Positions 36,501-45,814 of a stretch of 53,180 bases of DNA are shown here, one piece after another; the stretch's first letter is position 1; every line of letters begins with the position of its first letter. Source of the DNA: a virus (Duplodnaviria; Caudoviricetes). The position numbers were made by a program, and so were the translations under genes. The notes below the pieces were generated by a model. It searched no databases. It was not told the origin of the DNA and saw nothing but the letters and a program-made list of their open reading frames with translations. The stretch is from positions 1 to 53,180 of IMG/VR virus record IMGVR_UViG_3300012041_000025; one strand, written 5' to 3'.

Positions 36501-36960
36501 GAGAAGATGGTTGCAATATTTTTACCAGCTGGTCGACGTCTGATTTGAACTCATCATAGTTTTTATATTCGAATAGCACCTGTCGGAACAGCTGACTACT
36601 GTAAGCCTTTTTCAAAAGGACGCACTCTGATACTTTTTTTACGATGCCGAATTTCAAGACCGGGCTGGCACAAGGCTGGTTAAATACCTCCCGGCAATAC
36701 AAGTGAATGATGGCGGCAAAAAATAACCGGCGGGAACGCATTCTTTCCTGGTTGGCCAAACGCCCCCGCAGATCCTGCGGCTGGAATTCCATAAACTGAC
36801 AGATCTGTTCATAGTAACGTGGAATTAGTTCGAGTTTCGTTTCATTTTCCGGGTGACTATAGAGCGACATCAATTCTTCTGCTAGAGCGGGATGTTTGTG
36901 GAAGACTATCTTTCCGAGGGCCATGTACCGCTTTTTGACGTGGATATAGGTCGATGACAT
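36487..36960 (-). CDS. Hypothetical protein, first gene of the late operon
   Basis: Likely start MSSTY, downstream of the -7 box. Confidence 0.65.
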   Translation of the reverse strand: MSSTYIHVKKRYMALGKIVFHKHPALAEELMSLYSHPENETKLELIPRYYEQICQFMEFQPQDLRGRLANQERMRSRRLFFAAIIHLYCREVFNQPCASPVLKFGIVKKVSECVLLKKAYSSQLFRQVLFEYKNYDEFKSDVDQLVKILQPSSHGDA

Positions 36961-36984
36961 GCAGGAACTGGATTGAATAAGTAC

Positions 36985-37017
36985 CAAACCTACTAAATAT
37001 GTTTAGTAATATGCAAT
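36985..37017 (-). promoter_or_regulatory. Putative packaging-operon promoter with overlapping palindrome
   Basis: ATTG-N21-TAGGTTTG; TACTAAA-N4-TTTAGTA at 36991-37008. Confidence 0.55.
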
Positions 37018-37153
37018 GGCGTCAAGGCTTTAGGGGATGCGAACTATGCAAAAAGACAACTGTGATGGTAACAAGTTACTAAAGAATAGTAAACACAAAA
37101 ATCAAGTTGAAGAGAGCTGCACAAATTGATTGTAGATTTTCAAAGAAAATGTA

Positions 37154-37390
37154 TCATACCGGATTTTCACGGTAAAAGTTCTCAAACGCTTCAAACATAC
37201 TCTCCCGCTTCTCCTTTAGTTCTGCCTTATCCTCAAGAGGATTATATCCTGCATCAAGAATATTCGGATTATCGACGGCTGGGGAAAATATCAGATTATC
37301 AGAAAAATATTCTTCAAGGTCAGGGTGGTGCGCTCGCAAAAACTTATAAAACTTATCCTTCCACTCTGAAATCCTTTTACTGTAATCCAT
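37154..37390 (-). CDS. Hypothetical acidic protein with own promoter
   Basis: TAGTTTTG -7 box at 37410-37417. Confidence 0.65.
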   Translation of the reverse strand: MDYSKRISEWKDKFYKFLRAHHPDLEEYFSDNLIFSPAVDNPNILDAGYNPLEDKAELKEKRESMFEAFENFYRENPV

Positions 37391-37469
37391 AATTGTTGAT
37401 TTGAGCCTACAAAACTAAACTAATTATATGTGCCATTTTATAAAGGAATTTCAGCTGGCAAGATTCATC

Positions 37470-37778
37470 CTATTGTTGTTTGATGAATTGTTCCAACTTT
37501 TGTATTGAAAGTCTTGCTTCATGTTTATTGATGACCATAATTCTCCGATCGTTCGCCAAGTCTTTTTCGATCATTGCCAAGACATCCGTAAAATGAAGGA
37601 CAGCACACATGCCAGGCATCTTTTCCAAGTTCGGCATGGCTCGCCCTTCCTCGTAACTATTCCACGAACTTAAATTGATACCAGCTCGTTCGGCAGCTTC
37701 CTTCCTCGTCAAACGTTGTTGGTTTCTAAGGAAGTTGATGTTCCTGGCGAATTGCGATTTCTGGGAGAGTTTATTCAT
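37470..37778 (-). CDS. XRE-family HTH regulator
   Basis: NINFLR..LTRKEAAERAGINLSSWNSYEEGRAMP. Confidence 0.88.
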   Translation of the reverse strand: MNKLSQKSQFARNINFLRNQQRLTRKEAAERAGINLSSWNSYEEGRAMPNLEKMPGMCAVLHFTDVLAMIEKDLANDRRIMVINKHEARLSIQKLEQFIKQQ

Positions 37779-37792
37779 ATTTTTTAATTTCT

Positions 37793-37888
37793 GTTGTACA
37801 TATAAATATTACGTACTATATTGGACACTTATTTTCATAGGATAAGGTTTAATGGTAGCCTGGTGTTTCTACACCGGGTTCCTTTTTT
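37793..37888 (+). ncRNA. Putative ~60-nt small RNA, paralogue of 3380-3491
   Basis: GTTG-N20-TATATTGG promoter, shared 41-nt block, hairpin 37857-37880 plus T6. Confidence 0.65.
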
Positions 37889-38327
37889 AAAAGCCAAACA
37901 CTAGCATGGCCGCATCTCGTCCATGTTCGTTTGTACCTAATGACCACCCTGTTATTTTCTTAAAATAGTCGGCTTTCAATTTCGTCTTATTATTTTTTGG
38001 GGCCACCAACTCGTAGGGTATCCGGTATTTGTCCAAAAACTCCTCCCATATCTGGGCGTCACGCATCACGCTGCCGGCACCGCGATTCCTGCCACGTTCT
38101 GCTTTTTCGTCTTTCTGTTTGGGGATCCATTTACGCTGCCTGGCATCTTCCAACCGTACGAACAATTCGCCAGGATGCATTAAATTGATTAATTGTACTG
38201 CATCCATGGCGTCAACAATACCCATACTAGACACCTGGATTAACTTCCGTTCTGCCTTGTGGTAAAGACTATACCCGGTGGAAACTCCGCAGTCAATACC
38301 GATGTAATATTTGTAGTGTCTGTTCAT
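37887..38327 (-). CDS. RuvC-like Holliday junction resolvase
   Basis: YIGIDCG, VRLED, HGRDAA. Confidence 0.8.
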   Translation of the reverse strand: MNRHYKYYIGIDCGVSTGYSLYHKAERKLIQVSSMGIVDAMDAVQLINLMHPGELFVRLEDARQRKWIPKQKDEKAERGRNRGAGSVMRDAQIWEEFLDKYRIPYELVAPKNNKTKLKADYFKKITGWSLGTNEHGRDAAMLVFGF

Positions 38328-38716
38328 CAGGATGGAATAGGGGATGATTCGTTGGCCGTTAATGCCTTTTTTATTCTTTTCATTTCAGGAGATTGGCTTT
38401 CATAGATTGCCCACATTTTTTGCTCCATTTCTTTTGGCATACCCATTCCATGCCAACTACGAATTATTTGTATTGCTTCATTTAACGCTTCCAATAATTC
38501 AGCGTTCCCCTCCTGCACCTTTGATGAGTAGCCAGCTAATAGTTTTTCAGTTTCAGATTTTCCAAGATTATTCCAATAATCCGTAAACGTATGTTTATTA
38601 TCGGGGTACATTCGATAAGCGTTAGCGGCACTTAACCAAGCTGCCCAAGCCGCTTCACGTAATAAGTCCTCAATGCTTTGTTCTTTTGTCTCTTTGTTTT
38701 TATTTTCTACGCTCAT
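38327..38716 (-). CDS. Hypothetical protein
   Basis: Co-directional ORF; ELLEAL motif common in phage early genes. Confidence 0.65.
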   Translation of the reverse strand: MSVENKNKETKEQSIEDLLREAAWAAWLSAANAYRMYPDNKHTFTDYWNNLGKSETEKLLAGYSSKVQEGNAELLEALNEAIQIIRSWHGMGMPKEMEQKMWAIYESQSPEMKRIKKALTANESSPIPS

Positions 38717-38731
38717 ACAGGTAAGGTTTTA

Positions 38732-38860
38732 TTAACGTTTAGGTTTTTTACTATTACGGCATGGCTTACTTTTCTTAAAGCCGCCACAGGTCAAACATCT
38801 CTTTGTCATTTTACCGAACTGTGGATGTTTGCATTTGCAATATTTAATAATTCTAATCAT
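38732..38860 (-). CDS. 42-aa basic Cys-rich protein (MIRIIKYCKC...)
   Basis: 3' part of the 74-aa ORF; overlaps the preceding gene's stop. Confidence 0.45.
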   Translation of the reverse strand: MIRIIKYCKCKHPQFGKMTKRCLTCGGFKKSKPCRNSKKPKR

Positions 38861-38984
38861 CGTCGGGGTGAATTTTTTTACAGTAAATACAAATTCGTTC
38901 ATTAATCCACCATTGAGGCGGCCCACTTCCTTCATTCTTCCATTTATGAAATCCAAACCAACATAAAAAACGTCTTAGCTTCAT
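38853..38984 (-). CDS. 43-aa Zn-binding peptide MKLRRFLCWFGFHKW...CIYC (DUF1660-like)
   Basis: Hand-translated; LCxxGxHKW..CxxC pattern; start context shared with 38716. Confidence 0.6.
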   Translation of the reverse strand: MKLRRFLCWFGFHKWKNEGSGPPQWWINERICIYCKKIHPDDD

Positions 38985-39001
38985 ACAGGTAAATAGGGGG
39001 T

Positions 39002-39253
39002 TTAAGGGTTATTGTTTTGGTTGCCATCGTTCGGTTCATTGGGCATCTTCGTTGCGACGCTCCGTTCATCTTCCTGTTCATTACTCAACATTTCATAGTA
39101 ACATCCGAAATCTTCACAAGCTGGATGACCGTCGCACTCCGAGCAAGGGATGAATTGTGTAAATTCAAAGTCATCGGCAAAGTCGTTCCTGCAATCATCA
39201 CAGATAATATTATCTCCAATAGTAGGCATCCCGCAATTTTGACAAGTAATCAT
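39002..39253 (-). CDS. Cys-rich zinc-binding hypothetical protein
   Basis: Several CxxC motifs. Confidence 0.6.
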   Translation of the reverse strand: MITCQNCGMPTIGDNIICDDCRNDFADDFEFTQFIPCSECDGHPACEDFGCYYEMLSNEQEDERSVATKMPNEPNDGNQNNNP

Positions 39254-39756
39254 TTATCTTCTTTTATTGGTTGAGATTTGAGGCTACGATAGACTTTAAA
39301 CAATTCAACTTTCGCTTTAGCCAACAAACCACTAATGGGGTTATATTCTTCTCTTGGAAGCGTTGATTTTGCCAATAGATTATGAGCCTCCCCGAAATCC
39401 GTCATAGCTGATTCCAAAATTTCAATCAACTCTACGGCATCTGTCTTTTCTTCTGCGGGTGGGATGGGTGGTCGCATGAACGGTTTGCTGATTTTCCATG
39501 CAACTCTTATTTTTTTAGCCAGCCGGAATGTTATGCCGGATGATTGTAAAAGAATATCACCTATATCTACCCGTTCTCCGTCAATATCTTTAATACCATC
39601 TTTTCTAAATTTCAAAGTAAGGTTATCAAATAATTCTACCATTGCTTCATAATGCAAATCCCCAATAGCTTCAGCCACTACTTTCATATCTGATCGTCCA
39701 AACAAATCTTTTCGATGATTTGAGCAACCCAATTCTTGTTCCTTATCTGTATTCAT
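39250..39756 (-). CDS. Hypothetical protein
   Basis: Coupled ORF; AEAIGDLHYEA motif. Confidence 0.65.
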   Translation of the reverse strand: MNTDKEQELGCSNHRKDLFGRSDMKVVAEAIGDLHYEAMVELFDNLTLKFRKDGIKDIDGERVDIGDILLQSSGITFRLAKKIRVAWKISKPFMRPPIPPAEEKTDAVELIEILESAMTDFGEAHNLLAKSTLPREEYNPISGLLAKAKVELFKVYRSLKSQPIKEDK

Positions 39757-39767
39757 GGCTTTTGTTT

Positions 39768-41282
39768 CTAGTTGAATGGTAAATCACTTTGGCTTTTTTC
39801 TTCCACCGGTCGCCATTTTCCTGATGGCAACCCAGGAACCAATGTTATCTTCTCAACTGGATCATCCACCCATTCTGTAAATTTTTGGATGTGCAATTGT
39901 GCCCTCAGCTTAATAGCCTCATTGCGCTCCGCCAGGGATCCATTGCGATGTTTGGCGATCGACAGCTCCACCTGGCCTTGTGTATTTTCTCCCAGCTCAT
40001 TGCTATCCTCAGAGCGATAAAGGAACATCACCACGTCCGCGTCTTGTTCGATGGCGCCACTGTCGCGCAGGTCACTCAGCATTGGCTTTTTACTTTCACC
40101 TTTTCGTTGCTCAACGTTCCGGCTCAATTGACTAAGGGCTATGATAGGGATGTTTAATTCCTTTGCCAGTAGTTTCAGGTTGCGCGAAATATTGCTGATC
40201 TCCTGCTCACGGTTGTTGATCTTCCGGTCCTCGACGCCACTCATCAGCTGCAGGTAGTCGATGATGATCATCTTCACGCCAAACTTCCGGATCATGTACC
40301 TGGCTTTAGATCTCAACTGATATACATTCAGGGCGCCGGTATCATCGATGTAAATTCCCAGCGATGACAATGGTTGTATACCGTATTGGTAGATCCGCTG
40401 CAGGTGATCTGCTTCCAGCTGCCCGGTCATAATCTTATCCAGTGATGTTTCGCTCTCGCAGGCGATGACTCGATCCACCAATTGCCCTTTACTCATCTCG
40501 AGGGAAAACAATCCGACAGGCACTGGTCGCTTATTGCCAATCTGTAACTTGGCGGCATTGCGAGCCAGGTTAAGGGCAAAAGCTGTCTTCCCAACCGATG
40601 GACGGGCTGCCAGAATGATCAGATCTGTATTCTGCCAGCCATGGGTTTTTTTATCCAGTTTATAAAATCCTGATGGAATACCGGTGATGTGCTGGTCCTG
40701 CTTCTGGAGCTCCACCATCCGCTTGAACCTGGTCACCAATTCACCATCTATTCCCGTTATGTTTTGACCGCCACGGTTCATCGTCATCGCCTGCCAGTTC
40801 TTTTCAAACCCATCGAGCAATTCAAAAGCATCCGTACTGTCTTCATATGCTTCCTGAAGAAGCTGGCCACCGAGGCGAATCATTTCCCGCTTCATGAATT
40901 TCTCATAGACGTTGCGGCAATGGGTGATTGTGTGAGCGCTATTCACCACGGAATTGGTTAGCTGGACGATGTAATACTTTCCGCCTACGAGATCTAATTG
41001 CTCCCGGCGGATTAATTCTTCAGCGACAGTGTGATAATCGATCGGTTGGTGATTACGGTTGAGGTGTTGCATTGACTCGAAAATCATCCGATGTGCATCA
41101 ACATAAAAACAGTTGGGCTGTAAGGTTTCACTCACGACGTCGTACGCATCTCTTTCGATCAAAATCGCTCCGAGAATAGCCTGTTCTACATCGCGGCTTT
41201 GTGGTGGCACTTTCCCATACACAACTTCCGGAGCGGGCAACTGCTTTTTATTTCTGTTTCTATTGTCCATTGTTAATTCCAA
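39768..41282 (-). CDS. dnaB: Replicative DNA helicase
   Basis: AARPSVGKT, FSLEM, IIIDYLQL, DLRDSGAIEQDAD, KHRNG. Confidence 0.97.
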   Translation of the reverse strand: MELTMDNRNRNKKQLPAPEVVYGKVPPQSRDVEQAILGAILIERDAYDVVSETLQPNCFYVDAHRMIFESMQHLNRNHQPIDYHTVAEELIRREQLDLVGGKYYIVQLTNSVVNSAHTITHCRNVYEKFMKREMIRLGGQLLQEAYEDSTDAFELLDGFEKNWQAMTMNRGGQNITGIDGELVTRFKRMVELQKQDQHITGIPSGFYKLDKKTHGWQNTDLIILAARPSVGKTAFALNLARNAAKLQIGNKRPVPVGLFSLEMSKGQLVDRVIACESETSLDKIMTGQLEADHLQRIYQYGIQPLSSLGIYIDDTGALNVYQLRSKARYMIRKFGVKMIIIDYLQLMSGVEDRKINNREQEISNISRNLKLLAKELNIPIIALSQLSRNVEQRKGESKKPMLSDLRDSGAIEQDADVVMFLYRSEDSNELGENTQGQVELSIAKHRNGSLAERNEAIKLRAQLHIQKFTEWVDDPVEKITLVPGLPSGKWRPVEEKSQSDLPFN

Positions 41283-42163
41283 CCTTCTGGACGTTCCAGG
41301 ATTTTATTATAGTTCGTGTCGTTCTTAATGATCCAATCGAATCCAAACCAATTACTTGTCTTTAAGAATTCGCTTTTTCTAACTATACCAAGGATTGTAA
41401 AAAAATCGAATCCTGGCTCTTTTAACCTGACCCGTATTTTTTTTCGCCTATCCTGGTTGATGGCTTTGACTGTCGGCAGGTTATAAAAACTGGAAAAAAT
41501 ATTCCATGCGACAACGTATGGATCTGGGAATTGTGGCTTTTTTTGTTCGATCCAGTCTCGAATAAAAATCCAAGCCTCTTTCTGATCTGCGGGAATTTGG
41601 AGCTTTTCAAATTCTAGCTTTACCTTTTTTTCCTCATCATCAAAACTCATCATTGCTGGTTTTCCAGCAGGAGAACCTTTAGGTTCTGTACTTAACTTCT
41701 CTTCACTTATACTTCTCTTCTCTTCATCCACGACTACTCCCCGACTGTTCCCCGAATGGTTGCTGACTTTATGCCAACTACCGTTGTCTGTTTCTCGATA
41801 ACCCATTGATTGTAAAACTCCTGTCAGTTCCTCCTCTTTGCAGTTTCTTGTTTTCGAGGGTTTTTCTACGCTCTGGTGCTGTCGAAAGGTCCGGATGAAG
41901 TAGAATTTTTCACCCCGCAAGGTGAAAGGGATCAACATCTCCTGTCCTTCGAGTGCTTCCAGCCACTTCGAAAAAGTCTCAATTCTTAATGCCTGCTTGT
42001 AAGGAAATATTTGGTTTTTAAGCCATATAGGATTTCCTTTTACAACACCATAGTCATCTGAGAAAGTCCATGTACCGATATAAGTCAATTGAATAGATTC
42101 TGGTTCGGATCCAAGTTTCTCATCGTTCCAATATTCTGGTTTAATCATTCGGTTTCGGGGCAT
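41273..42163 (-). CDS. Phage replication initiator / replisome organizer
   Basis: MPRNRMIKPEYW..SDDYG..FRQHQ N-terminus; FDWII..NYNKILE C-terminus; upstream of dnaB. Confidence 0.8.
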   Translation of the reverse strand: MPRNRMIKPEYWNDEKLGSEPESIQLTYIGTWTFSDDYGVVKGNPIWLKNQIFPYKQALRIETFSKWLEALEGQEMLIPFTLRGEKFYFIRTFRQHQSVEKPSKTRNCKEEELTGVLQSMGYRETDNGSWHKVSNHSGNSRGVVVDEEKRSISEEKLSTEPKGSPAGKPAMMSFDDEEKKVKLEFEKLQIPADQKEAWIFIRDWIEQKKPQFPDPYVVAWNIFSSFYNLPTVKAINQDRRKKIRVRLKEPGFDFFTILGIVRKSEFLKTSNWFGFDWIIKNDTNYNKILERPEGWN

Positions 42164-42173
42164 AGTAATTCCG

Positions 42174-42644
42174 TCATTTTACATCCACATTCGTGTCGGA
42201 TGCGCTTGTTCTTTCAATTAAATATTTTCTTTCTTTTTGAATTAAATCGATTACGTCGGACCGAAGCTGTTTGCTGAGAGCAATCCTGGTAATTAAGAAA
42301 TCAAAGTCATCTTTGCCTAACGCTTTCAATGCATCCTCAAGCAACAGGGAAAATGGCTCCTGTATATCCGTGTAGAAAAAACCCGCGTTTAAAAAGACGG
42401 TCAATAATTTACTTTTCGCCTCCTTTGCTATACCTTCCTCCTCTTCATGACAAACAAAACATACGGTGACTAATGCCTCGTCTGGAACTTCCCAGGGTTC
42501 ACACCCAAATACATAGTATCGATGGTGAACGTGTAAGGTGGAGTCTTTATCCTTGCATTTTTGACACGTCCATTGGTCCCTGTTAAGTATTTCCAACCTC
42601 CTTTTTTGCCATCGGGGATCCTTTAATTTCTCTGCGTAAGTCAT
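42174..42644 (-). CDS. HNH endonuclease
   Basis: RWQKRR..RD..CQKC..LHVHH..C..CH. Confidence 0.88.
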   Translation of the reverse strand: MTYAEKLKDPRWQKRRLEILNRDQWTCQKCKDKDSTLHVHHRYYVFGCEPWEVPDEALVTVCFVCHEEEEGIAKEAKSKLLTVFLNAGFFYTDIQEPFSLLLEDALKALGKDDFDFLITRIALSKQLRSDVIDLIQKERKYLIERTSASDTNVDVK

Positions 42645-42654
42645 GGTTGTAGTT

Positions 42655-44004
42655 TTATGCGTTCACTAATTTTTCACAAGCTTCTTTTAAATACATGTTG
42701 CTGTCATTCCAGGTAAAATTTCCAAGGATATACTCCAGATATCCGCGCGGAACTTCCGTTAACTGTTTCCCCTTATACTTTCCGAATTGTAATACCACGC
42801 CACCGGTGGTGGCTGCATCGATCACCGTCCCGATCTGGTCCATCGCCAGTCCGGTCAGCAGCCGCCCACCTTCACCATAGGCCTGCCAGGTCTTTTTCTT
42901 TTTGAAATAAATATGCTCAATGCGGCCAAACTTGCTGACATTGCCGGCAAAGTCAATGATCAGGCAATCTTGTTTCAATGGATCTATACGGGTACCTCGT
43001 CCCAGCGCCTGGTAAAACCAAGCCAGTGATGCTGTAGGACGAGCTGAGATAATACAATCAACACCCGGGTGATCAAAACCGGTGGCCAGGATATTTACAT
43101 TAAACACATACCGTATGGATCCGGCACGGAAACCATCAATGATGTTTTTTCTTTTTTCCGGATGAAGGTTAGAATGAACAGCATAGGCACCAAGCACCTG
43201 CCTTGCTAACGTTTCCGCTTCATCAATCGTCGGGACGAATATGATCACGGACTTGCGATCCAATTGTTGTAACCGGTAAAGGATCTTACCGCCGATCCCC
43301 TGGTCCTCGAAATTGAACAGCAATGATTGTTCGGTGTAATCCGATTTGGCGCTGTTATACACTAATCCCCGCTGATTAAACTCATGCAGCTCATAATCCA
43401 GCTGACTCCAATAACCAAGTCCTACGATCTCCTGTATTTGGGTCACGTGGATGATATCCTGGAAGAACTGGCCCATCTTACTGCGGCTGGTGAGCATTTG
43501 TAATTTGGAAAACCGTTCGCCATTCATATCGATATTGCTCTGTAGCTTGAATGGTGTGGCAGTTAAACCCAATACTTTTTTAATGCCGGAGTCTTCCATG
43601 AATTTTCCCAACATGCTATCCGTACCCCTTGGATATAAGTGCACCTCGTCAATGATCATATTGGCGAATCCAAGGGTGCCGAATGTCTTCCCTATGTTTT
43701 TTATACTGCCGATGGTGGCATAAACAGTGTTGCTAAGCTTTTTCTTTCCAAAGCTGGCGGAATAAATGGAGGCATAGCCACCCAGGCTGATGTACTTATT
43801 GTAATTCTGCTCCAGCAATTCTTTACTGGGTTGCAATACCAACGTGCGGCCCTCAATATTATTTGCCAGGTGAGCGATCAGTACCGACTTACCATAGGCA
43901 GTTGGCGCCACGAGGATCCCTGGCCTGGGTGCTTCCTGTTGGAAGAAGGCCATTGCGTCTTCGTATCCGGATACCTGGTATTCCCTGAGATCAAACATGG
44001 TCAA
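42655..44004 (-). CDS. SF2 DExH helicase (RadD/YejH-like) with C-terminal FGKYKG domain
   Basis: LREYQ, PTAYGKS, DEVH, TATP, TGFD, QALGRGTR. Confidence 0.92.
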   Translation of the reverse strand: MTMFDLREYQVSGYEDAMAFFQQEAPRPGILVAPTAYGKSVLIAHLANNIEGRTLVLQPSKELLEQNYNKYISLGGYASIYSASFGKKKLSNTVYATIGSIKNIGKTFGTLGFANMIIDEVHLYPRGTDSMLGKFMEDSGIKKVLGLTATPFKLQSNIDMNGERFSKLQMLTSRSKMGQFFQDIIHVTQIQEIVGLGYWSQLDYELHEFNQRGLVYNSAKSDYTEQSLLFNFEDQGIGGKILYRLQQLDRKSVIIFVPTIDEAETLARQVLGAYAVHSNLHPEKRKNIIDGFRAGSIRYVFNVNILATGFDHPGVDCIISARPTASLAWFYQALGRGTRIDPLKQDCLIIDFAGNVSKFGRIEHIYFKKKKTWQAYGEGGRLLTGLAMDQIGTVIDAATTGGVVLQFGKYKGKQLTEVPRGYLEYILGNFTWNDSNMYLKEACEKLVNA

Positions 44005-44213
44005 AATAATTTGTTTTGTTCAGTCGTCGATTGCTGGCTTTCCGGTTTATACCCAAGCCGTCTCAATTGCTGCAGGTATTTATCCAGGCTTGTTTCTAAT
44101 CCCATACTGATCCTGCGGTTGGTAGCGTTGGGCTGGCGGAAATAGGTATTCTGCGCCTGCCGTACCTGCGCAGCTTTTAGCATTAAGGATTCTATGATTT
44201 GTTTTTCCGTCAT
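44001..44213 (-). CDS. Hypothetical protein
   Basis: Coupled ORF. Confidence 0.65.
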   Translation of the reverse strand: MTEKQIIESLMLKAAQVRQAQNTYFRQPNATNRRISMGLETSLDKYLQQLRRLGYKPESQQSTTEQNKLF

Positions 44214-44647
44214 ACATGTATTTGTTTAGAGGGTGTACCAACCATGATGGCTTCTGGTAATGGAAATCCGACATCTGGCTTCCATAAGTGCAGACAATAA
44301 TGGTGATTGCTGACATAGTCCCTTTCCGGTGGATGAATTTGCATGACGGCCTCATCCTTACTCCAGAATATATCCTTTATGAAACACATTTCCTCCCAGT
44401 TTGGGCAACGTTCTACTGTTTCAACAACCACCTTTCCGGTTGGCTTTCCATTACCGGTCAGAATCCGTTTGTCTTTCGTCAATGTGATGGAGACATGCTG
44501 CCATCCCATTCCGTCACTGATCATACAGTTGTAGTAATATCCGATGATCTTGTGGTGTGGTATTACAAAAAAACCATTGCAACCATAGCTGGCATCACTT
44601 CCTAAAGTGGGGTGATTTTTGAGTCTGAATTTTTCCGGCGCTCTCAT
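44210..44647 (-). CDS. Conserved phage protein (GWxHVS..RCPxWEEMC..LHLW family)
   Basis: Recognisable motif pattern. Confidence 0.75.
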   Translation of the reverse strand: MRAPEKFRLKNHPTLGSDASYGCNGFFVIPHHKIIGYYYNCMISDGMGWQHVSITLTKDKRILTGNGKPTGKVVVETVERCPNWEEMCFIKDIFWSKDEAVMQIHPPERDYVSNHHYCLHLWKPDVGFPLPEAIMVGTPSKQIHV

Positions 44648-44862
44648 GATTTTACTTTTTGAAATATTTTTTGCCCTTCTTCATCCAACAGCAGGATATT
44701 GTCCACTTCTCTTTCCAGGCGCCGCATTCGCAAATGATCATCTTTAGCCAGCAGGATCCCGTATCGCATGAGCTCATCCTTCTTCTTCTGCCAGGCACGC
44801 ATCCGCTTGAGCTTTTCGCAAAGCTTTTCATAAAGGATCTTATAGTCTACCGCGTCATTCAT
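44644..44862 (-). CDS. Hypothetical protein
   Basis: Coupled ORF. Confidence 0.6.
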   Translation of the reverse strand: MNDAVDYKILYEKLCEKLKRMRAWQKKKDELMRYGILLAKDDHLRMRRLEREVDNILLLDEEGQKIFQKVKS

Positions 44863-45058
44863 TTTTTATCACCATCCTGATCTCAAACTTTTTTTGTTTA
44901 TTGTGGTCTTTGCAATGATCCCCAAACAACTGTTCCCGGGATGTTAACGTCCTGCCACATCCAAACCACTTACAAATGGCGGGCTCCTGCTCGATATACA
45001 ATACAATTTGATGATGCATTTCTTCCTTGTCATCGTTATTTCGGTTAACAGGATACAT
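44855..45058 (-). CDS. Small Cys/His protein
   Basis: CKWFGC..C..H. Confidence 0.55.
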   Translation of the reverse strand: MYPVNRNNDDKEEMHHQIVLYIEQEPAICKWFGCGRTLTSREQLFGDHCKDHNKQKKFEIRMVIKNE

Positions 45059-45814
45059 TTAAAAAATGACTTTGCGGATCCGATTACTCTGATTGTAGAT
45101 CGTCTCCAGATCCACCAAATATTCTTTTACGGATGAACGCTTCGTCAATTGTTTGGGATCCTTCTGCCATTTTTTATGCAGGTCTTTGATATCAATTTTT
45201 TCCGCCCGCAGTATGCGACAAATCGCTTCGCAAAAAGCACCCTGGGTGTGCCCATCAAAATCTTTGAACAGTTTGATAACAGCAGACGTCCGTTGGGCCC
45301 CTGCCAGGTCCTTCACTTCATAAGTGCCGCTGATAAATCTTGGTTTTAGATGGGTGCTGCTGCCGCCCTCACCTTTCATGGTTCCTGTATATAACAACTG
45401 CAAACAGGTGCTCAATGGGAAACCGGTATCATCCATAAACTGCTGGATCATTTTATAATTCTCATTGTCCTGCTGGATGTAGCAATTGATAAAATCCTTA
45501 TCCTTCCACCGCTCCGTGTTGGAATTAATCTTGGCTATTTCCATCAGCGTCATATCTGATGCAATGATGTACCACACCTGGCTTTTCATTTTCTTAGCCA
45601 CAAAAAAGCGGTGCTGGCCATCGATGATCTCCAGCCGCTCCTTTTTCTCGCTGACGATGATGGGGCAAAATTTCAGGACATCAATACCATTGTTGATATC
45701 CTTGATGATCCGGTTGATCTTTTGATTATTTAGCTGACGATTGCCATTGATAGTTTTAAAACGGCCATATTCATTCGTGAAGAAAACCTTCACGGTGCTT
45801 TCCTTATGTGTCAT
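45059..45814 (-). CDS. ParB/Srx N-terminal domain protein
   Basis: NRQLN, PIIVS, IIDGQHR. Confidence 0.85.
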   Translation of the reverse strand: MTHKESTVKVFFTNEYGRFKTINGNRQLNNQKINRIIKDINNGIDVLKFCPIIVSEKKERLEIIDGQHRFFVAKKMKSQVWYIIASDMTLMEIAKINSNTERWKDKDFINCYIQQDNENYKMIQQFMDDTGFPLSTCLQLLYTGTMKGEGGSSTHLKPRFISGTYEVKDLAGAQRTSAVIKLFKDFDGHTQGAFCEAICRILRAEKIDIKDLHKKWQKDPKQLTKRSSVKEYLVDLETIYNQSNRIRKVIF

